Assembly (NCBI GenBank): GCA_963693365.1
Contig: CAVNZM010000008.1
Coordinates: 5,712,613-5,776,612 of the forward strand
Origin: Amoebidium appalachense
Lineage: Eukaryota > Protista > Ichthyosporea
DNA length: 64,000 bases
Direction: 5' to 3'
Part shown: piece after piece, positions 1-22,976 of the stretch
Position numbering within the stretch: the first letter of the stretch is position 1
How the letters are laid out: every line of letters begins with the position of its first letter
Notes under the pieces: generated by a model
Database searches by the model: none
What the model was told of the DNA's origin: nothing
The model's input: the letters and a program-made list of their open reading frames with translations, nothing else
Translations under genes and position numbers: made by a program

Positions 1-4
1 ACCG

Positions 5-967
5 ATGACTTCTCAAGAGGCCGTCCTTGCCGCCCTCACCGCCATCAGCACCCAGATGGCTGGCGTCCTGGCCGCTCTCACCAACCGCGGCGCCCCCCGC
101 CGCACCCTCCGCACCCAGGAAGGTTCCCCGGGACTGCATCTCGGCCCTGACCTGGACCTACCTGCCCTGCCCGCGCCCCCCATTACAGGTGAGAACACTG
201 GCGACATTCAGCCGGGCACACTGCCGCTTCCCCCCGCGGATGTGCTGGCAGATTTGCGCGCCAATCGTTTCGTCGACCTGTACTACTAGTATAAGTTCAC
301 CCCCGCAGCCCTCCTGGCCCCATCCAAGAAAGGCCAGCAGCTGCGCATGGCCGACGACGGCAGCATCGAGGCTTTTCGCAATGACAAACCCGTTCCCCTG
401 CGTTCACTCGTCATTTGGATCCAAGCTTGGACCTATTACATGGCCGCCAAGCACCACCTCGACCTCCCCACGGACAAGGACGTACTTTGGACTCAGCACA
501 TCACTCGCCTCAGCACCCGATACCCGTGGGCCCAGATCCACAACTATGACCTGTACGCCCGTACCGTTTCCCACCAGCAGGGTCGGGCTCCGATCGAGTG
601 TCCCAACCTGCTCGCCCAACTCCACCAGGATCTCTTCCTGCCACCCACTCTGCTCATCCCGGACGCATGTCAGCGCTGTGGCTTCCCCGACCACCCAAGC
701 GCAGCCTGCCCCATGTACCCCAAGCCCGGCTGTGGTCTTGACGGCTTCAAGCCGCCCCACAAGCCCGGCGGGGGCCAAACCCCAAACCGCCCTGGCCCGC
801 AACTCGGCTCGGCAAAACCGGCCCGAACCGTGGATCTACCCACGACGCACTGCAGGAATTTCCTCATTAACGGTCGGTCCTGCGCTTAGCAGCCCTGCCC
901 CTTCTCCCACGTGTGCCCGCTCTGCTCTGGCACACACCCCCGCAAAGACTGCAAGCACAATGCCTAG
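5..967 (+). pseudogene. gag-like ORF of a DIRS/Ngaro-type tyrosine-recombinase retrotransposon, two in-frame stops
   Basis: ORFs 5-289 and 347-889 are in the same frame. Reading through TAG at 287-289 and 887-889 gives one protein ending at TAG 965-967. It carries W..AW..Y...W..I.NYD..AR, a CCHC knuckle (CQRCGFPDHPSAAC), a CCCH-like CRNFLINGRSC..QPCPFSH and a second knuckle (CPLCSGTHPRKDC), as in DIRS-group gag. Confidence 0.7.
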
Positions 968-1459
968 TCTATGCACACACACACAGATAGAACATAGGGG
1001 CTAAGAGCTAGGGCACACGGGTACAAGGAAACGGAGCTCGGGAAAACGGGCCAATAGGGCAGAGTGCAAATTTTCGCAGGCCAACTACGGCGCCCGCGCG
1101 CGCCAAGAATAAATGTCCCTACACAAAGACGTTATTCTGGCCACTGCACATAATTTTACTCACCCCCCATCCCACGAGCCTCCCCCCCTGGCGCTCACCT
1201 AGCACTCCCTCCCCCCCCCTTCTTCTACCTCTGTGTCCGCCCACACCCCCGCGTGCTCGGGCACCCCTGCACAGGGCCCCGCTGACCTCCCTGCAAACCC
1301 TCCCTTGGGCACAGCTGCCCTACTCTATCCCCCCCGGGGCCCTGCTGCCCCCCCCCCCCCCCCCCGCTCCCGGGACCTCCCCGAGGATGCCCCACCCTTG
1401 CTAACCACACCTTCCCCCGAGGCTCAGACCCGGAGGCCCGCCCGCTTCCCCAGCACCAC

Positions 1460-1786
1460 ATTGACACCTCCCGCCTCCGGGAGCTGCTGGCATCATACCC
1501 AGACCAATCATTCGCCGCGCAGCTCCTCCACGATGTCGAATTCGGTGTCGACATCGGCCACCGCGTCCCCTCCACCTCTCGGGTGGGCCCCAATCTGCCC
1601 ACCACCCCGGCTGCTGCTGCCGCTATCACGGCGGATATTGCCAACGAAGTCGCCCTCGGTCACCTGCGCGGCCCCCTCTCACCGGACCAATTCTTCGCCG
1701 AGTTTCCGGTCCACCGTTCCTCCCCGATCGGCGCCGTTACTAAAAAAGGGAACCCCCCCAAGTACCGTCGAATCCACCACCTCTCA
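1460..1786 (+). mobile_element. N-terminal fragment of DIRS/Ngaro-type reverse transcriptase (pol), 3'-truncated
   Basis: IDTSRLRELLASYPDQSFAAQLLHDVEFGVDIG...EVALGHLRGP...SSPIGAVTKKGNPPKYRRIHHLS matches the pre-RT/RT motif 1 region of DIRS-group pol. Similarity stops abruptly at 1786. Confidence 0.75.
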
Positions 1787-1817
1787 TGTACGTCCCGGAG
1801 TAGTTTTTCATAGACAC

Positions 1818-1857
1818 AACACAAACTGAAAAGATCTTACCTAATGTAGATACTACG
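1818..1857 (+). repeat. 40-bp copy of the 3' terminus of the long-TSD element (28076-28115)
   Basis: aacacaaactgaaaagatcttacctaatgtagatactacg vs aacacaaactgagaagatcttaccatatgtagatactacg, 37/40 identical. Confidence 0.8.
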
Positions 1858-2201
1858 TACTACATACAACACCTGCATGCAACAATCTCCCACAGGTATT
1901 CATTGTTACCCCAATGCTGCTGCCCCCCCCCCCCCCCCCCCTCCCCCCCCCCTCCTTCCTCCCCTCACCACCTTCCCCTTTCTCCTTCCCCCCATTCCCC
2001 TCCGGGCATCCCCCTCCTCTCCTTCCCACCAACGAAAAGGTCTGCTGCCGTCTGACCACGTGACCCGTTCTTATTTTATTTTATTTACTTTTTCTTTTCG
2101 TTTCTTTTCTTTCTTTTTTTTTTTTTTTTGTTGGGGGGGGGGGGGGGGGGGGGGGGGGAGAAGGGGAAGAGAAAGAAAAACCAAGATTAGGCGCAAAAAA
2201 A

Positions 2202-2342
2202 GTTTTTTGGGCACAAGGACATCACGGATCAATAAATTGATGACTGGGGGCTTGCAGTGGTTTACAACCATTGCAGGTTCACTTTCATCCAAGGGGATGT
2301 CCCCCTAGAGGCAACACACGTCCCGGAGTAGTTTTTCATAGA
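2202..2342 (+). repeat. dispersed repeat, inverted homologue of 18209-18354; last 25 bp also at 1790-1814
   Basis: gttttttgggcacaagg...ccccctagaggcaacacacgtcccggagtagtttttcataga aligns with the reverse complement of 18209-18354, with a few substitutions and indels. Confidence 0.85.
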
Positions 2343-2615
2343 TTTACACATTTCATGATTCAATAGTATTTATAATCAATCATATGATTTAGTACTGTGT
2401 CCTCATTTAAGGGGAAGATGTGCTTCCCGTGCCACGACAGGTCAACACACGTCACCCACCGCAAGTTTGCGCTAAACTTTGGTGTGGTTGCTATCAAGAT
2501 ACACCTTCTCTCAGACTGCCTCAAAACACAAACATTCAGGCACCAGTGATTGAATCGCAATACCATAGGCCCTTAAAATCAATCGAATCAAAGAGCCACC
2601 AAAGTGTCTGCCAGC

Positions 2616-14946
<12,331 letters not shown>

Positions 14947-17004
14947 CTGTGTGCATTTGGTTTGGTTCATTAGTAATTCGAGGCAATATTCATGGGGCCT
15001 CTATTGTCAATGTACGACGACGTTCACTGACAGGTTGATTTGTCACCAGTGGGGTATTGGAGTGCCTCCCGGTACGGAATGCAGGCCGAGTTCACACCGT
15101 TACGAGCATCTTGAATCTTCTGTCGTGTTTATAAAACATGTGAGGTGTACATACTGACGTAGATTCAGATGCTGCGCACGTGGCTAGCTTTTGTAAGGAA
15201 TGCACTCAGATGTGATGCAAAACGTGTTTTTACGGACAGTTTGAGCCACTGGCACATTCAATCACTAAATGGTTTTTTTTTTTTTTTTTCACCATTTTTG
15301 CTAACGTCTACGATGTTGGATACCGGCTGTGTGGTGCTTCGGACAGAAACAACTGACTAATAATACTGTCAAGTTAGAACGGCATGTGCTGTTGCTGGCA
15401 AACTTTTAGGCTACACGGCATCAAATTTGCACGAGAAGTAAAGTGCCGAAGAAACTGTGTTGTTTCTTGTGTGCAGAAGTCCCGACAGAATCCGTATACT
15501 CTGTCATGCATGCATGTAATGTTACGGTAACTCGGTAAGATGACATTGATAGGAATGCTCCAAGGGAGATGGCACTAACATTCTCAAGTTACGATAGATT
15601 GGTGTGCAGTGTAGTTTAAGTGGGCTTGCCAAGTTGGGTAGTAGTTGTTCGGCGGCAATTTTTCTTGGGTATTCTATGCTACTACTAGTAACCAAAAGTG
15701 CAATATACACGGATGTATGTGCATGTTCAGTGCGTGCACTTGTGCCTTCGTGTTCGAGTTAATGGGACTGGTGCCAGACCCTCCGAGGAGGTGCACGATG
15801 TCACTAGTACTTCAAGTGCACACTAAATAACATGTAATCACTTCATGCACACGATGTCACACCTCTGTGACGATTCTGCTCAGAGAGAGCGCCATTGCTG
15901 CTGCATAGCAACACCCCAAGGGTTATTACGAGCTTCAAAGTCTTTTGCAAGCTCGGCCACATGGGCGTATTGTTAGTAGCAATCCACGTCATGATTTGCT
16001 TGGAAAATTAAAAGTCACAGTGGAAAGCTCTGATAATAATGTCAACAGCACATTTGTCACCCACAAATACAAAACATAACAAGTTCGAAAAGTATACGCG
16101 TGAGTGAACTACACGCGACACTGAACAGCGTTGGCTCAAGTGCAAGTGGGTTAAGTATTCGATCGCGTTCTCCCGCGGCCGGGCCGGCGGAGCGTCCCCA
16201 ATACGCGGATCGTAGTACAGTGAAGTTTAAACTGGAGAAATGCCTTTACAAAAAATCTAACAAAATGACCTTCATTTGGTTTCTTTAAACTTTGCGCGTT
16301 TCCGTAATACTTCTTTTTGCACTAGTAACATTCTACAAAGGCACCTCTCCCCTGGCACCTGCCGCGCGCCATAGCACCTGCACGTGCCATAGGGAATAAA
16401 AAGGATAAAAAGCTCGTTCGTGATTGGGCCAGAGTTATCGGTTGTCATTCAATCTAGCAACCCGGGGAGATCTGCGGGTGGGGAATGTGCAAGTGAGTCT
16501 CTGGTATTGATAAATGAGTCGTCAAATCGGTGGCATGCATACAAAAGTTGATGACATGGCAAATGCATAGGGTGATGTGTTTGGCAGACACGGATTGATA
16601 GCAAAGATTGTGGGTGAAACGTTTATATAGGGTTGTATTGAAAACGGGAACACGGGAGATCTAAGAGAACATGTGTGTGTCAAAGGCATTGGAATTATTA
16701 TGCCAGGACCTGGAATGCACAAGAGTAAGATGCGAATGGAATGGATTGGTGGGACCTGGAATGAACAGTTGAATATGGAAATCTGAGAATTCATCGTCTT
16801 GGTTTTAAATAAAAATGGGGAATGATCGTGGCACGATCATATGGGCGTGGGTCGGGAAGTGAGATACAGTCGATATGTGTAAAGGAAGGCGTAAAAAGTG
16901 ATAGTCGGAACTTTGTTTAAAAAGAAACAGAGAAGCGTATACGGATGCTAGCTTATGTAAGGGTCGTGTGCGCCAGTGAAGATTTTGAACCTTGAATTTA
17001 TTAT

Positions 17005-19330
17005 TTAAGGAGCAGGTCTGAGGCGTGCACATATTTGATGGTAAACAATGTTTGAGGTGTGGGCTACATGTTCATGTACTCTATCCGGACGAACTGCAAG
17101 CAAAATTGAACCAGAATTTCGCACGCGGCCAAGGGCTACATACAATTGACCATGGCAAAAAATATCGTCTCTAAAATCATATCCAACACGTGCCAGGGTT
17201 TGACCTTGGGCTTTGTGAACCATCAAAAAGTATGCCAGGCGAACAGGAAACTGGCGACGGGACAGGGTGACCGGAGTCCGCGGATGGGATCAAATTGAAA
17301 AAAGATCCTAGGAATCAAGACGTCGCGTTTTAGGGATCCATCTAACTTGATCAAATCGCATTTGAGAAGATTGCCTGTATATTCACGAAAAATTAATTTA
17401 CTGCCATTGACAATGCCGTCAGAAATATTAAGATTCCTAGTGACCATTAGCAAACAATTTTCCTTTAATGTGAGGATGTGTGGAGCAAAATTATTTGGTG
17501 TCGTCATAGAATTCATAATTTCTTCCGATAAGGTGTCATTAGAGCAGGTATCGGTGGAAAAAAAGTCATAATGGTTCCCCGGCAATTTTTCAAGAATCAT
17601 TCTATTGATTTCATCGACTCCCATATTTAAATGTGTTACAAAGAATTGCCTTGTCTGCGCACTGTTCCGGGTTCTGCAATGTTGTATGTGGATAAACAAA
17701 GTCAACGAGTTCATTGATGCCTGATGTGTGATTGATACCATGAAGGGGTATCAAAGGTGAAGAGAAGATGGAGGTGGTGGGCACGCGCCCTTCACCAATT
17801 GAAAGCACTGTGTCGGATTATATAGGGTCCCCAGCGTCTCGGAGATGGACCGTTAGATGCCATCTGCACGTGTGTGTTCCAAGCTGGATGGTCAGCCTAC
17901 AACTAAAGTTACAGCAGCCCGAATAATATCCGCAGGAGTTGCGTCAGAATCTAGAATAGGCAATGTCTGTCGCGCATCTCCTGTTAATATAATGACTTTG
18001 TTTCCCATGAAAGCGTTATTGTTACCCAAAAGAGAATTTAATGGTTTGTTCACGTTTTCAAAAGTAGCCTTATTAGTCATGGTGATCTCGTCCCAAAGAA
18101 TAAAGGAGGCATTTTGAACTATTTGCCCGCGCTCTGATGTGGGCTCGAGGTATGTAGGCCGTTGAATGTGGCTGGGCCTCCGGCAGTGTCCACGCAATAA
18201 ACAGTGTGTCTATGAAAACCACTCCGGGACGTGTGTTGCCTCTAGGGGGACATCCCCTTGGACGAAAGTGAACCTGCAATGGTTGTAAACCACCACCGGC
18301 AAGCCCCCAGTCATCAATTTTATTGATCCGTTGAGGTCCTTGTGCCCAAAAAACGGGGGAAGTCTTCGCCCCGTGAAAAAAACAGCACGTATGTGTGGAT
18401 CAATGGGGGTTGAGTGTTGGGTGTAGGTGGGTGGGTGAAAAGAAAATATATAGCTGTAAAGCTGTAGGTGCTAAACACAGAAGATGTGTCTGTTGCTTGC
18501 TGATCTGCTAAAAACTGTCGTGCATATATACCTAAGGCTCCCGATCTGAGCCAATCACAATTGATCTAGTGTTATGTGAAATCTGATCCTGAGCCAATCA
18601 CACTCGGTCTAGTGATCTGTGGAATCTGACGTTTTTGATCGGCTAATAGGTGCCCGTATGTGGGCAGCCGAACGCGAGCTGCTAAAACACGAAACGAAGC
18701 CTACATGGTTATGTTGATATCGGACACCCATCCTACGTGTTTACCCAGAAAAATATTTATGTCAATAAAGCTCCACAACTAAAACCTAAACCCTATGATG
18801 GTTCGGAGTCTGTGGTGATTTCGACTGGAATATTGAATATGGAATGGGCTGTGCAACCACCATCGTGCAATATTGATTGCTGCAACAGCTGTGGAAGCCA
18901 CGCACAAGCAAATGTGATTTTCCAAACACAGATAGGCCGTGATTAGTTTCGTTCCGACCCGAATCGATAAATACTCCAACCGAAGTACTTAGTGACGTCA
19001 TCGTATAAAAACGCCTGGCGCAGGGTCAGTTTTGCACGCGTTGCTCTCTTTTTCTCACCATTTTACCCTAACGTGACAGGGAACAAGCACATCACAAAAA
19101 AAACCGTAGAAAAATTCTTAGCGGGGTAGTGGCTTAGTAAGTAATGGTAGGCGTTCAACGATTTCGAGCATCAATTTATGGATAACTTTGTAGTGTTTGC
19201 GCACCCCGTGACTACAATAATTTCTCGGAATGCTTGTTGGTATGGCTTTTTTTGCACTTTACGCGCGCCGGTAATTACGGGTTCTGGCACAGGGAGGCCA
19301 TAGGCCTCAGCCAAGAAAAACGGCAAACTT
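17005..19330 (-). mobile_element. degenerate Helitron RepHel, PIF1-family helicase portion (frameshifted, interrupted)
   Basis: YGLPVPEP linker (~19290); LCVASTAVAAINI..GCTAHSIFNIPV (18800-18910); FILWDEITM, ILTGDARQTLP, LSIGEG, LMVTRNLNISDGIVNGSKL, IPRI, RRQFPVRLAY, HKAQGQTL, FCHGQLYVALGRV, TSNIVY. These are Helitron PIF1 motifs spread over several frames. Confidence 0.88.
18155..18793. mobile_element. 639-bp non-coding insertion into the PIF1 reading frame with TATG target-site duplication
   Basis: TATG at 18151-18154 and 18794-18797. Removing the insert plus one copy restores in-frame DSEPSYLEPTSERGQIVQNASFILWDE. Contains a ~42-bp tandem duplication (ctgagccaatcac...; ~18544-18630) and ends in ctaaaacctaaaccc. 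Confidence 0.75.
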
Positions 19331-19430
19331 GTTACAAATGCGTGCCAAAGATGCATACTTTAATACCTTTCACGTTGTTGCTTTTGCACCACAGGTGCAT
19401 TTTTCGTTTGAGAAACATTGACATCAGCTT

Positions 19431-20112
19431 CATCAGCAATCTTGCCGAAACATCCGGAACCCATAACAGATATATTGAAGATATCCATATACTCAAACCC
19501 ATCCTGAACATAACCCTACATCCAGTTCATGGGTTAAAGATATGTAAAAACAAATAGATATTAATCTTGGATATCTACGGCTAATATGTACATAGATATC
19601 TGTTAAAACCCTGATATCCATTGGATAACTACTGTTAGGGATCCACTAGATATCCACGGGAAACGTGATATCCAGTGGATATCGAACACTAGATATGCAA
19701 ATACACATGCACAACATATATAATGGATATGTGACGAAGGGACCCAGTGACAGGTAACCTGCCCAATATTATATCCAATGTGATATGCACTATATAATTG
19801 TAACATGCTTAAAATGTGCACAAATGAGATCGAATGGATATACAGCTCAGGTTTCGAACCACATCTGGATATCAGCTAGATATGGAAATACATATGTAGA
19901 TAGACATACAATTAGCATATAATACGTATCTATTATGGGACGATGAGACATCAGTCATGGCATTCTATATGCGCATAAACACATATTCAGAATTTATTAG
20001 CTGAATATGTATTCTATATTAGAAATGATATTGATTGTATATCACTTCTATATACACCTATATAGGTATCTGAATCATCGCTCAGGCTATAAATGATGTC
20101 TATATGGATATC
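19431..20112. repeat. GATATC-rich segment, probable decayed non-autonomous DNA transposon
   Basis: At least nine GATATC hexamers in ~630 bp. Starts CATCAGCAA, like 29738. Confidence 0.4.
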
Positions 20113-20218
20113 TCTCTATCTATTCACCTCCCCCCTCCCCCCCCCCCCCCCCCCCGTTCCCCACTCCCCCCCCCCCCCCCCCACACGTTTCCCCACTCCC
20201 CCCCCCCCCCCTCTCTCC

Positions 20219-20262
<44 letters not shown>

Positions 20263-20634
20263 TAGGGATGGTGACACATGTTCAATGACGGCTGCACACT
20301 TAAGGATTTCTTTTAATTAGTCATGCTCCCCAGGAGCATGTGACACAAACGCTATTATCCAACTTCCAAACTTCTACATTTTCTATCGTATCAACATGCG
20401 CATTTATAACTTCTACAAGAATAATTGCTTATTTACTTGATTTCTAACCATAATACAATGACAACTACTAGTACTCCAATCGTTGCTCGTCGCCTTATTC
20501 CCCGCAGACTCTCTTGTGGCACTGATTCTTGTTCCTCGCTGTGGCTGTGGCTGCTGACGTCCTCAGGGTCGTTACTGGGTGGTGGGTCAATCACATGGCA
20601 CTCCGTCAACACGCATGTCCTCGAGCTGCTCCCG

Positions 20635-20671
<37 letters not shown>

Positions 20672-21098
20672 GTACATGTCATTCCCTCCCCTCGTGCAAT
20701 TTGTATAGGATATGGTTGCTGGAAGCCTCGAGGTAACCCTTTACAAGTATAACGACTACTAAGGGATACATTGAGAACCAAAATACATTATTGTGCATAC
20801 ACACCCGGGCCCACACCTACATGTGCTCACATACAGAGAGATGGGGGAGGAATGGAGAGGTGGGAGAGGCGTTTTGGGGGGGGGGGGGGGGGGGGGGGGA
20901 TGGTGATCAACTTGAACGACATATATACACAATGCTTATACATATATATAGCACACTGCACACACACACTGATGCACACTACCACCCACACACACAGAAC
21001 ACAATGCACCAAAGTAACCAAGTGAGTGGGAAGAGAGATCAGCAAACAGCAAATTAGTTTATGATAGAACTTAAGGCAAGGTGGATGGGAAGCTGTGT

Positions 21099-21147
<49 letters not shown>

Positions 21148-21167
21148 TTTCTTTTTTTTTTTTTTTT

Positions 21168-21211
<44 letters not shown>

Positions 21212-21507
21212 ACCAGTGTCGTGGAATTGGTTACCTCGGAATGTCGAGGTTGGCAGTCATGTACCAGCACCGAACAATCTTGCGGTCAGCCACGTGCGCT
21301 GCTGCTGCTTGCTAGATGACTCACCCGAGTGCACCATCTCCCACCTGCACGGGAAAACTGAAGCGTGACCAGTGAGAAGGAGGAAAAGTGAGAGGCAGTT
21401 TGAAACAGGAAATAAGGGGAATAACCTGGTCCATTATGTTATAGCTGAAAAGTTGTTTTTTTTTTTTTGCCCGGGGGGGCGGGGCGGGGGGGGGGGGGGG
21501 GGGAGGG

Positions 21508-21542
<35 letters not shown>

Positions 21543-21836
21543 AAAACGCCCATGAGGTTTAACACGAAAACATCAAAAGGACAGAATCTTACATTGTCAT
21601 ACCTACAGCCTGAGCAGCACTCTAAACTTTCGATGCAAGCAAGTGGTTACCGACTAACCTCGTATGTGTCAGTGGGGTACGTTGCGTGCAACGTGTAGGA
21701 GTGGGCGCTAACAGACCTTATCACACAGGTAAATAGTCAAACGTGCACATGTCATGATAGATGGGTGACCCACTACACATGCTGGGCAATAAGGACGGCA
21801 CACATTTGTTAAAACAATGTAACAAAGGAGGGCATA

Positions 21837-21965
21837 ACCTTCCAACAATGGTTGCCGAGAAGTTTTGTATGCACCAGCCCTTATGAACTAAGAGACTTCA
21901 TGTCAGGAAGCAATGTAGCTTCTAAGGGAGTTACAGACGGATCAAGCAAAATGTAGAAACTGCCG
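21837..21965 (+). repeat. 129-bp direct repeat, left copy (putative long TSD)
   Basis: accttccaacaatgg...gtagaaactgccg is identical to 28116-28244. Confidence 0.95.
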
Positions 21966-22506
21966 TGTTAAATTGTATGAGTATTTGGGATGTAAGCAGA
22001 GACACAGTGGTGCAGTGTGAAAACACCACAGACACACACAACAACAAAACACGGAACGATCGGAGCAGTGTACACAACAGACATCAATGTTTAGACACAA
22101 CTGAACTGAATTTATTCTGATCTTCGAATAAATACCTGAAATTCCTCTAAGTCCAATCCATACATGATTTCCGACCAGTCGGAAATCAGATCTATCTCTA
22201 ATAGAAACCAATCACTAAGAACCAATTGCTTTCAGAGAGATCCGGTACGCGGAGACGTACACGATAGGACACAGACACTAGTTAAGATCAACTCGTGTCA
22301 TCATCAAGGAAGTTCTAACCTATGACATACTGCAAAGACTCAGACATATCCCACTTAACCTTGATGATTGGTTAGAGCCCGGCAACACATGAAAACTAAA
22401 GTAAATTAATGAAGTCTAAACACACATGCTATTCTAAGTGTAGCCTAAGTGTGTTACCGTCCAATGAACACGTATTAAGTAACACAAATCTACCTAACAT
22501 ATATTA

Positions 22507-22817
22507 ACCCCTAAACCAGGCCATCCGTGGCCCTAAGGGCCGGGGAACACCCCCATCCATGTCATGGCACATGCCTATAATCGTTTCAGAACCTCTTTCA
22601 AAGTTCCATCTACACCCATCACACATGTGCGACCATTAAAACGTCCAGCAGATACACCTACCACAGATGCACAACCAGAAAAACATCGCCTTAGACTAAG
22701 CGCAACACCTATTTACAATACACTACCCATTCAGAATAACACCACACCACTCCGTAGAAACACAATAACAACCATGCCGAAACTTTCGGTTGATACAGTA
22801 CTGGCAGAACTTGCCCT
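22507..22817 (+). repeat. extra 311-bp copy of the LINE 5' end (5'UTR + ORF1 start)
   Basis: Matches 22920-23230 with 2 substitutions seen, followed by 102 bp of unrelated filler (22818-22919). Confidence 0.92.
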
Positions 22818-22976
22818 TTGCCAAATCGAATATTTGCCAGTGCACGAATATTTGCCTTTGCATGTGTCCAAAATGTCGCTTTTTATTATCTGCTAATAAA
22901 TAGTATCCTTCGCGCATCCACCCCTAAACCAGGCCATCCGTGGCCCTAAGGGCCGGGGAACACCCCCATCCATGTC

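Noticed and set aside
287-889. TAG stop-codon reassignment suggested by in-frame TAGs in gag and the alpha-kinase
   Set aside because: The TAGs replace different expected residues, and intact genes here terminate with TAG (2616, 27348, 53581).
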